64,000 bases of DNA from Macrostomum lignano (lineage: Eukaryota). Numbering within the stretch: the first letter of the stretch is position 1; each line of letters opens with the position of its first letter. The position numbers and the translations under genes were made by a program. Positions 40,501 to 52,311 of the stretch are shown one piece after another. The DNA lies in contig NIVC01003280.1 in NCBI GenBank assembly GCA_002269645.1, positions 43,340-107,339 of the forward strand. Reading direction: 5' to 3'. The notes under the pieces were generated by a model. The model was given only the letters and a program-made list of their open reading frames with translations, was not told the origin of the DNA and ran no database searches.

Positions 40501-43500
40501 TTTAGGTTTGAAACGGTGGCTCTTTAATGTTTGACATGGTGGCTTTTCTATGTTCGACATGGTGGCTCTTGTATGTTCGACATGGTGGCTTCTTTAGGTT
40601 TGAAATGGTGGCTCTTTAATATTTGACAAGGTGGCTCTTTAATTTTCGACATGGTGGCTCTTTAATGTTTGACATGGTGGCTCTTTTAGGTTTGAAATGG
40701 TGGGTCTTTAATGCTTGACAATGTGGCTCTTTAATGTTTGACATGGTGGCTCTTTAATGTTCGACATGGTGGCTCTTTAATGTTTGACATGGTAACTCTT
40801 TTATGTTTAATATGGTGGCTCTTTTATGTTCGACATGGTGGCTCTTTAATGTTTGACATGGTGGCTATTGAATGTTTGACATGGTAACTATTTTAGGTTT
40901 GAAATGGTGGGTCTTTAATGCTTGACAATGTGGCTCTTTAATGTTTGACATGGTGGCTATTGAAAGTTCGACATGGTTGCTCTTTAATGTTCGACATGGT
41001 GGCTCTTTAATGTTTGACATGGTAACTCTTTTATGTTTGATATGGTGGCTCTTTTATGTTCGACATGGTGGCTCTTTAATTTTCGACATGGTGGCTCCTT
41101 TAGGTTTGAAATGGTGGCTCTTTAATGTTTGACATGGTGGCTCTTCTATGTTCGACATGGTGGCTCTTTAATGTTCGACATGGTGGCTCTTTAATTTTTA
41201 ACATGGTGACTCTTTTATGTTCGACATGGTGGCTCCTTAAGGTTTGAAATATTGGCTCTTTAATGTTTAACATGGTGGCTTTTCTATGTTCGACATGGTG
41301 GCTTTTCTATGTTCGACATGGTGGCTCTTGTATGTTCGACATGGTGGCTCTTTTAATGGTCGACATGGTGGCTCTTTAATGTTCTTCATGTTGGCTCTTT
41401 TATGTTTGACATGGTGGCTTTTTATGTTTGACATGGTGGCTCTTTTATGTTCTACATAGCTGCTCTTTTATGTTCGACATTGTGGCTCTTGTATGTTCGA
41501 CAGGGTCGCTCTTTTAGGTTTGAAACGGTGGCTCTTTAATATTTGACAAGGTGGCCCTTTAATGTTTAACATGGCGGCTCTTAAATTTTCGAAATGGTGG
41601 CTGTTTTATATTTGACATGGTGGCTCTTTAATGTTCGACATGGTGGCTCTTTAATGTTCTTAATGGTGTCTGTTTTATGTTTGACATGGTTGCTCTTTTA
41701 TGTTCGACATGGTGGCTCTTTAATTTTTAACATGGTAACTCTTTTATGTTTGATATGGTGGCTCTTTTATGTTCGACATGGTGGCTCTTGTATGTTCGAC
41801 ATGGTGGCTTCTTTAGGTTTGAAATGGTGGCTCTCTAATATTTGACAAGGTGGCTCTTTAATGTTCGACATGGTGGCTCTTTTAGGTTTGAAATGGTGGG
41901 TCTTTAATGCTTGACAATGTGGCTCTTTAATGTTTGACATGGTGGCTCTTTAATGTTCGACATGGTGGCTCTTTAATGTTTGACATGGTAACTCTTTTAT
42001 GTTTGATATGGTGGCTCTTTTATGTTCGACATGGTGGCTCTTTAATGTTTGACATGGTGGCTCTTTAATGTTTGACATGGTAACTCTTTTATGTTTGATA
42101 TGGTGGCTCTTTTATGTTCGACATGGTGGCTCTTGTATGTTCGACATGGTGGCTTCTTTAGGTTTGAAATGGTGGCTCTTTAATATTTGACAAGGTGGCT
42201 CTTTAATGTTTGACATGGTGGCTTTTTAATGTTCGACATGGTGGCTCTTTTAGGTTTGAACCGGTGGCTCTTTAATGTTTGACATGGTGGCTCTTTAATG
42301 TTTGACATGGTGTCTGTTTTATGTTTGACATGGTGGCTCTTTAATGTTCGACATGGTGGCTCTTTTAGGTTTGAACCGGTGGCTCTTTAATGTTTGACAT
42401 GGTGGCTCTTTAATGTTTGAAATGGTGGCTCTTTAATGTTCGACATGGTGGCTCTTTAATTTTTAACATGGTGACTCTTTTATGTTCGACATGGTGGCTC
42501 CTTTAGGTTTGAAATATTGGCTCTTTAATGTTTAACATGGTGGCTTTTCTATGTTCGACATGGTGGCTTTTCTATGTTCGACATGGTGGCTCTTGTATGT
42601 TCGACATGGTGGCTCTTTTATGTTCGACATGGTGGCTCTTGTATGTTCGACAGGGTCGCTCTTTTAGGTTTGAAATGGTGGCTCTTTAATATTTGACAAG
42701 GTGGCCCTTTAATGTTTAACATAGCGGCTCTTAAATTTTCGAAATGGTGGCTCCTTAATTTTCGAAATGGTGGCTGTTTTAGGTTTGACATGGTGGCTCT
42801 TTAATGTTCTTAATGGTGTCTGTTTTATGTTTGACATGGTGGCTCTTTAATTTTTAACATGGTGGCTCTTTTAGGTTTGAAACGGTGGCTCTTTAATGTT
42901 TGACATGGTGGCTTTTCTATGTTCGACATGGTGGCTCTTGTATGTTCGACATGGTGGCTTCTTTAGGTTTGAAATGGTGGCTCTTTAATATTTGACAAGG
43001 TGGCTCTTTAATGTTCGACATGGTGGCTCTTTAATGTTTGACATGGTGGCTCTTTTAGGTTTGAAATGGTGGGTCTTTAATGCTTGACAATGTGGCTCTT
43101 TAATGTTTGACATGGTGGCTCTTTAATGTTCGACATGGTGGCTCTTTAATGTTTGACATGGTAACTCTTTTATGTTTAATATGGTGGCTCTTTTATGTTC
43201 GACATGGTGGCTCTTTAATGTTTGACATGGTGGCTCCTTTAGGTTTGACATGGTAACTCTTTTATGTTTGATATGGTGGCTCTTTTATGTTCGACATGGT
43301 GGCTCTTTAATTTTCGACATGGTGGCTCCTTTAGGTTTGAAATGGTGGCTCTTTAATGTTTGACATGGTGGCTCTTCTATGTTCGACATGGTGGCTCTTT
43401 AATGTTCGACATGGTGGCTCTTTAATTTTTAACATGGTAACTCTTTTATGTTCGATATGGTGGCTCTTTTATGTTCGACATGGTGGTTCTTTAATGTTCG

Positions 43501-43538
43501 ACATGGTGGCTCCTTTAGGTTTGACATGGTGGCTCTTC
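37570..43538. repeat. ~6-kb satellite, 23-bp monomer, with a higher-order duplication
   Basis: atgtt(c/t)gacatggtggctcttta. The near-identical ORFs 39133-39384 and 41594-41845 show a ~2.46-kb internal duplication. Confidence 0.98.
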
Positions 43539-44401
43539 TATTGCGCTTTTTTTATGTTTAGCAGTTTTTTTGTTTTTAAGGTGTTTTAATAAAAAAATTA
43601 TTTTGCGCTTCTAAGATTCGAACCCAGGTCGCTACATTAGCATTCCAGTCTGTTCGCATCAGGGCTATCTCTTTTCAATTGGAGAACATGAATTGTGGCC
43701 CTTATAATTCAATTCTTACAGCAAGTCAATTGGAGTAAAAAGTTATGACATAATCAATTTCTCAGTCAGCCAGTATCAGTCTCACTTCGAGTTAGCAATA
43801 TGGTTACGCAATTTCAATCAAGTCGTGTGTGCATTTCTTCGGCACTGTTTTCAACTTGTTGTGATGCAATCTTTATCAGAATTGAAATTCAGTCAGTCAG
43901 TTTTTTCTCTAGCATTCTTACAATGCATTTCAAGTCGAAAATTTGGCTTGACCTTTGCAAAAAAGCGTGTTTTTCGAATATTTAATCCCTTTAACATTGA
44001 GCAATTTCTTAGCCAAGATGCATGTACTGTGCCAGGAAAATTTCTGATCGAATGATGCAAGTTTGAAGAAAATCGGTTGAGCCGTTTTTTCTGAAATCAA
44101 TCGCATACCCATATACATACATACATACAGACAACTCATTTTTAGTATATACGATTTGGAAAGTCAGCATATTACTAGCAATCTACGCCCCCCGTTGGGG
44201 AGCCAAAGAAATGCAATCGCTACACGTTTTTTTAATAAGCTACATGTATCCTTGAAATCTTAAAAAATCTCCTGTCAAACCTTGTAAGCCTTGACATGTC
44301 AGTAATTCCCCACCACAAGCTTTAACATATCAACTCCCCCCCTTGACATCTCAGCAATGCCCCCAATAAGCCTTGGAAATCTAAAAATATCTGTCAACCT
44401 T

Positions 44402-44469
44402 CTAACCCTAACCCTAGCCTAACCCTAACCCTAACCCTAACCCTAACCCTAACCCTAACCTAACCCTAA
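44402..44469 (-). repeat. Interstitial telomeric repeat (CCCTAA)n / (TTAGGG)n
   Basis: About 11 units, mostly perfect; a degenerate copy lies at ~44858-44905. Confidence 0.95.
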
Positions 44470-45289
44470 AGGATTGACATTTCAGTAATTCTCTCTAAGA
44501 GTCATTATAGCACTGCTACAGCATTATAGCGATTTCCTGCAAGCCTCGACATCGTAGGGATTCCCAAATGAATCTCTTAACTTCGACATGAAGCTTCTTT
44601 TATTTTTTACATTACGCTTTTTTTATCAGCGATCCCTCCCCTGAGGAGGCATCAAATAATGTAATAAAAAGTTTTCAATAAACTTTACATGATTGTTTAC
44701 ATGTAGCTTCTGACTTTAGCTTTGAAATCTCATTTATACCCCCGTGAGCCTTGACATCTCAGCTATTCCCCCCGTAAGCCTTGACATGTCAGCGATGGCC
44801 TCCATAAACCTTGAAATCTGAAAAATCCCCCGTTAACCTTGAAACCCGATAAAATATAACCCTCAACCCACACCTGACCTAAACCTAACTTTAACCCAAC
44901 CTAAAGCCTTGAATCTCAGCAATTCTTCTCCCCTAAGCCTTGACATTTTAGTGATTCCTTCTTTAAGAATCACAGCACTGTAACGATTCCCTCCAAGCTT
45001 TGACATCATAGCAATTCCCAAATGAATCTTTTAACTTCGACATGACTTTTCTTTTATGTATACATAGTGCTACTTTTATTTTTTACATGACTCTTCTTCT
45101 ATCAGCGACCCCCCCCGTGGCGAGCCAACAAAGAATGTAATAAAAAAATTGAGTAAAGTACATGAACTTTGAAGTAGCTTCTGACTTTTGCTTTGACATC
45201 TCAGCAACCCCCCTTCGTAATCTCAGTTATTCTCTGAGAGCCTTAACGTCTCAGTTTTTCTCCCCAGCACAGCATTATAGCTGCATTTA

Positions 45290-48200
45290 TTTTTACATGA
45301 CACCCTTCATGTCTGACATGACGCTTCTTTTATTCTACCATGATGCTTCTTAACTTTTTAAATGACACTTTCCTTAGTTTTTAAATGAGGCTTCTATGAT
45401 TTTTTCATGACGCTTCTATGATTTTAACATGACGCTTCTATGATTTTTTACATGACGCTTCTATGATTTTTTCTTGACGCTTCTATAATTTTTACATGAC
45501 GCTTCTATGATTTTTTACATGACGCTTCTATGATTGTTTACATGACGCTTCTATGATTGTTTACATGACGCTTCTATGATTCATTACATGACGCTTCTAT
45601 GATTTTTACATGACGCTTCTATGATTGTTTACATGACGCTTCTATGATTGTTTACATGACGCTTCTATGATTGTTTACATGACGCATCTATGATTTTTAT
45701 ATGACGCATCTATGATTTTTATATGACGCTTCTATGATTTTTACATGACGCTTCTATGATTGTTTACATGACGCTTCTATGATTTTTTACATGGCGCTTC
45801 TATGATTGTTTACATGACGCTTCTATGATTGTTTCATGACGCTTCTATGATTGTTTACATGACGCTTCTATGATTTTTATATGACGCTTCTATGATTGTT
45901 TACATGACCCTTCTATGATTTTTTATATGACGCTTCTATCATTTTAACATAACGCTTCTATGATTTTTATATGACGCTTCTATGATTGTTTACATGATGC
46001 TTCTATGATTTTTACATGGCGCTTCTATGATTGTTTACATGACGCTTCTATGATTGTTTACATGACGCTTCCAGGATTGTTTACATGACGCTTCTATGAT
46101 TGTTTACATGACGCTTCTAGGATTGTTTACATAACGCTTCTAGGATTGTTTACATGACGCTTCTATGCTTGTTTACATGACGCTTCTATGATTGTTTCAT
46201 GACGCTTCTATGATTGTTTACATGACGCTTCAAGGATTTTTTACATGACGCTTCTACGATTTTGGCAGATGATTCTATGATTTTACATGACGCTTCTATG
46301 ATTTTTACATGACGCTTCTATGATTTTTACATGACGCTTCTACGATTTTGGCAGGACGATTCTACGATTTTACATGACGCTTCTATGATTTTTACATGAC
46401 GCTTCTATGATTTTACATGACGCTTCTATGATTTTTACATGACGCTTCTACGATTTTTACATGACGCTTTATGATTTTTTACATGACGCTTCTATGATTG
46501 TTTCATGACGCTTCTATGATTTTTACATGACGCTTCTATGATTGTTTACATTCTTCTATGCTTGTTTACATGACGCTTCTATGATTGTTTAAATGACGCT
46601 TGAATGATTGTTTACATGACGCTTTATGATTTTTTACATGGCGCTTCTATGATTGTTTACATGACGCTTCTATGATTGTTTACATGACGCTTCTATGATT
46701 GTTTACATGACGCTTCTATGATTGTTTACATGACGCTTCTATGATTTTTACATGACGTTTCTATGATTGTTTCATGACGCTTCTATGATTGTTTACATGA
46801 CGCTTCTATGATTTTTACATGACGCTTCTATGATTGTTTACATGGCGCTTCTATGATTGTTTACATGACGCTTCTATGATTGTTTCATGACGCTTCTATG
46901 ATTGTTTACATGACGCTTCTATGATTTTGACATGACGCTCTATGATTTTTATATGACGCTTCTATGATTTTTACATGACGCTTCTATGATTGTTTACATG
47001 ACGCTTCTATGATTGTTTACATGACGCTTCTATGATTTTTTACATGACGCTTCTATGATTGTTTACATGACGCTTCTATGATTGTTTCATGACGCTTCTA
47101 TGATTTTTACATGACGCTTCTATGATTGTTTACATTCTTCTATGCTTGTTTACATGACGCTTCTATGATTGTTTAATGACGCTTGAATGATTGTTTACAT
47201 GACGCTTTATGATTTTTACATGGCGCTTCTATGATTGTTTACATGACGCTTCTATGATTGTTTACATGACGCTTCTATGATTGTTTACATGACGCTTCTA
47301 TGATTGTTTACATGACGCTTCTATGATTTTTACATGACGTTTCTATGATTGTTTCATGACGCTTCTATGATTGTTTACATGACGCTTCTATGATTTTTAC
47401 ATGACGCTTCTATGATTGTTTACATGGCGCTTCTATGATTGTTTACATGACGCTTCTATGATTGTTTCATGACGCTTCTATGATTGTTTACATGACGCTT
47501 CTATGATTTTGACATGACGCATCTATGATTTTTATATGACGCTTCTATGATTTTTAATGACGCTTCTATGATTGTTTACATGACGCTTCTATGATTGTTT
47601 ACATGACGCTTCTATGATTTTTTACATGGCGCTTCTATGATTGTTTACATGACGCTTCTATGATTGTTTCATGACGCTTCTATGATTGTTTACATGACGC
47701 TTCTATGATTGTTTCATGACGCTTCTATGATTGTTTACATGACGCTTCTATGATTTTTATATGACGCTTCTATGATTGTTTACATGACCCTTCTATGATT
47801 TTTTATATGACGCTTCTATCATTTTTACATAACGCTTCTATGATTTTTATATGACGCTTCTATGATTGTTTACATGATGCTTCTATGATTTTTACATGAC
47901 GCTTCTATGATTGTTTACATGACGCTTCTAGGATTGTTTACATGACGCTTCTATGATTGTTTACATGACGCTTCTAGATTGTTTACATACGCTTCTAGAT
48001 TGTTTACATGACGCTTCTATGATTGTTTACATGACGCTTCTATGATTGTTTCATGACGCTTCTATGATTGTTTACATGACGCTTCAAGGATTTTTTACAT
48101 GACGCTTCTACGATTTTGGCAGGATGATTCTATGATTTTACATGACGCTTCTATGATTTTTACATGACGCTTCTATGATTTTTTACATGACGCTTCTACG

Positions 48201-50830
48201 ATTTTGGCAGGACGATTCTACGATTTTACATGACGCTTCTATGATTTTTACATGACGCTTCTATGATTTTACATGACGCTTCTATGATTTTTACATGACG
48301 CTTCTACGATTTTTACATGACGCTTTTATGATTTTTTACATGACGCTTCTATGATTGTTTCATGACGCTTCTATGATTTTTACATGACGCTTCTATGATT
48401 GTTTACATTCTTCTATGCTTGTTTACATGACGCTTCTATGATTGTTTAAATGACGCTTGAATGATTGTTTACATGACGCTTTTATGATTTTTACATGGCG
48501 CTTCTATGATTGTTTACATGACGCTTCTATGATTGTTTACATGACGCTTCTATGATTGTTTACATGACGCTTCTATGATTGTTTACATGACGCTTCTATG
48601 ATTTTTACATGACGTTTCTATGATTGTTTCATGACGCTTCTATGATTGTTTACATGACGCTTCTATGATTTTTACATGACGCTTCTATGATTGTTTACAT
48701 GGCGCTTCTATGATTGTTTACATGACGCTTCTATGATTGTTTCATGACGCTTCTATGATTGTTTCATGACGCTACTATGATTGTTTACATGACGCTTCTA
48801 TGATTTTTACATGACGCTTCTATGATTGTTTACATGGCGCTTCTATGATTGTTTACATGACGCTTCTATGATTGTTTCATGACGCTTCTATGATTGTTTA
48901 CATGACGCTTCTATGATTTTGACATGACGCATCTATGATTTTTATATGACGCTTCTATGATTTTTACATGACGCTTCTATGATTGTTTACATGACGCTTC
49001 TATGATTGTTTACATGACGCTTCTATGATTTTTTACATGGCGCTTCTATGATTGTTTACATGACGCTTCTATGATTGTTTCATGACGCTTCTATGATTGT
49101 TTACATGACGCTTCTATGATTGTTTCATGACGCTTCTATGATTGTTTACATGACGCTTCTATGATTTTTATATGACGCTTCTATGATTGTTTACATGACC
49201 CTTCTATGATTTTTATATGACGCTTCTATCATTTTTACATAACGCTTCTATGATTTTTATATGACGCTTCTATGATTGTTTACATGATGCTTCTATGATT
49301 TTTACATGACGCTTCTATGATTGTTTACATGACGCTTCTAGGATTGTTTACATGACGCTTCTATGATTGTTTACATGACGCTTCTAGGATTGTTTACATA
49401 ACGCTTCTAGGATTGTTTACATGACGCTTCTATGATTGTTTACATGACGCTTCTATGATTGTTTCATGACGCTTCTATGATTGTTTACATGACGCTTCAA
49501 GGATTTTTTACATGACGCTTCTACGATTTTGGCAGGATGATTCTATGATTTTACATGACGCTTCTATGATTGTTTACATGACGCTTCTATGATTTTTTAC
49601 ATGACGCTTCTACGATTTTGGCAGGACGATTCTACGATTTTACATGACGCTTCTATGATTTTTACATGACGCTTCTATGATTTTACATGACGCTTCTATG
49701 ATTTTTACATGACGCTTCTACGATTTTTACATGACGCTTTTATGATTTTTTACATGACGCTTCTATGATTGTTTCATGACGCTTCTATGATTTTTACATG
49801 ACGCTTCTATGATTGTTTACATTCTTCTATGCTTGTTTACATGACGCTTCTATGATTGTTTAAATGACGCTTGAATGATTTTTACATGACGCTTTTATGA
49901 TTTTTACATGGCGCTTCTATGATTGTTTACATGACGCTTCTATGATTGTTTACATGACGCTTCTATGATTGTTTACATGACGCTTCTATGATTGTTTACA
50001 TGACGCTTCTATGATTTTTACATGACGTTTCTATGATTGTTTCATGACGCTTCTATGATTGTTTACATGACGCTTCTATGATTTTTACATGACGCTTCTA
50101 TGATTGTTTACATGGCGCTTCTATGATTGTTTACATGACGCTTCTATGATTGTTTCATGACGCTTCTATGATTGTTTACATGACGCTTCTATGATTTTGA
50201 CATGACGCTTCTATGATTGTTTACATGACGCTTCTATGATTTTTACATGACGCTTCTATGCTTGTTTACATGACGCTTCTATGATTGTTTAAATGACGCT
50301 TGAATGATTGTTTACATGACGCTTCTATGATTGTTTACATTCTTCTATGCTTGTTTACATGACGCTTTTATGATTGTTTAAATGACGCTTGAATGATTGT
50401 TTACATGACGCTTCTATGATTGTTTAAATGACGCTTGAATGATTGTTTACATGACGCTTTTATGATTTTTACTTGGCGCTTCTATGATTGTTTACATGAC
50501 GCTTCTATGATTGTTTACATGACGCTTCTAGGATTGTTTACATGACGCTTCTATGATTGTTTACATGACGCTTCTAGGATTGTTTACATGACGCTTCTAG
50601 GATTGTTTACAGCACGCTTCTATGATTGTTTACATGACGCTTCTATGATTGTTTCATGACGCTTCTATGATTGTTTACATGACGCTTCAAGGATTTTTTA
50701 CATGGCGCTTCTATGATTGTTTACATGACGCTTCTATGATTGTTTACATGACGCTTCTATGATTTTTATACGATGCTTCTATGATTTTTTAAATGACGCA
50801 TCTATGATTTTTATATGACGCTTCTATGAT
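45290..50830. repeat. ~5.5-kb satellite, 22-23-bp monomer, with higher-order blocks
   Basis: catgacgcttctatgatt(g)ttta. The rare variant gcttcaaggattttt recurs at ~46231, 48085, 49498 and 50688. Confidence 0.98.
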
Positions 50831-51378
50831 TTTTACATGACGCTTCTTTTTAAAAAGTCTTTTAGTTTTCCTGACGTTGAAAAGCTTTAATTGAAAAAAT
50901 TATATTCTATGAAAATTCGAACCATCGTCGCTGCATTTATCAAATTTTGCACATATATATATAATTCAACAGTTTAAAATCCAAGCATAGAGTAAATCAC
51001 ACGAAGCAGTTATGACATAATCAGTTTCTCAGTCAGTCAGTATCAGTTAACAATATGGTTACGCAATTTAAATCAAGTCTGGTGCTAGGCTTCCACACTG
51101 CATTTTCAATTCAAGTCAGAGTTACAATTCAGTTATGATGTAATCTATTTCAGAATCAGAATTCAACCAGTCAGTTTTTTCTCTAGCATTCTTACAATGC
51201 ATTTCAAGTCAAAAAGTTTGCTTGACCTTTGCAAAAAAGCATGTTTTTCGAATATTTAATGCCTCTAGCATTGAGCAATTTCTTAGCCACGATGCATGTA
51301 CCGTCACGGGAAAATTTCTGATCGAACAGTGCAAGTTCGAACAAAATCGGTCCAGCCATTTTTTCTCTAATCGATCAC

Positions 51379-51415
<37 letters not shown>

Positions 51416-52311
51416 CACAGACAGACCATTTTTAGTATATAGGATATAGTTTTTGTTGGCACTAAAATGCAAAATTGCATTTAAGGTCTAATTTGATGCA
51501 ATTTTAAAAGGCAAAGATGCAATAATATCTTTATCATATCCTACAGAATAGCTAAGGGTCTAGCCTAGTAGCAAAGTAGCACTTAAAATTTTAATAGTGG
51601 TATTATAGCTAGGCTATCAGGGGATTATTTAGCAGACACTATGCAAGATATGCCTAGTATATAGCATAGGGTCTATTCTAGTATATAGTATAGCAGCAAA
51701 TGGTAGAATATATCAAGGGGCTACTTTAGTATGTTGGTTAGTATAGACTAATATAAAATTAATAATAATAAAGTAATAGTAATAAGCTGCACATTATTAT
51801 ATTAATATATACTATATTGTTTTTTCCTTATACAATAAATTTTTATTGTTTTTTAACATGCAATTTTATATGATAATTAAGAGGCATATCAATATCTACC
51901 ATGATATATAAGACAAGATAATAAGTTTAAGTTAAAGATTTTTTAGTATGCCTAGTTTTGATCATCTTTTAGTTCATATTGGGAAAATGAAATCATTTAA
52001 TCACCTTACCCAAAACCTGATTTTTTGTATCTAATGTATTATGAAGTTACAATTAGTGAAGTTATTAGGAAGTTAGGAAGTAAAGGAATGTATACAATAT
52101 TCCTTCCATTGATTCAATTCCAATGTTTGCATGAAACAAATTTTATTTGACTTTGACCCAAATATGGATCACTAGAAAGAAGAACACCTGAAAACCAACA
52201 TCCAGAAACTTAAGAATCATCTCCATCCAGTACACCTAAAATAATGTCATTCCCACAAGCAGTTGCTATTGCAATAATATTTAACAAAATGCCACAAAAT
52301 TGCTGCTGCCT

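Larger units (their letters stand above)
36904..44155 (+). mobile_element. Non-autonomous Helitron-like (HINE/DINE-1-like) element A with expanded internal satellites
   Basis: 5' end actagcaatcttcgccccccgatggggga. The ~550-bp 3' module (43600-44155) is homologous to 50900-51445 and ends in the hairpin aaaatcggttgagccgtttt, an (ATAC)n microsatellite and ttttagtatatacgat. Family assignment is inferred from architecture. Confidence 0.65.
44174..51445 (+). mobile_element. Non-autonomous Helitron-like element B, tandem to element A
   Basis: 5' end actagcaatctacgccccccgttggggag begins 18 nt after the end of A. The 3' module ends in aaaatcggtccagccatttt, (GATA)n and ttttagtatataggat. Confidence 0.65.

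Noticed and set aside
44402-44469. True chromosome end
   Set aside because: Only ~70 bp and flanked by non-telomeric sequence on both sides.
37570-50830. CRISPR array or coding repeats in the large satellites
   Set aside because: Head-to-tail monomers without spacers; the short ORFs are incidental.
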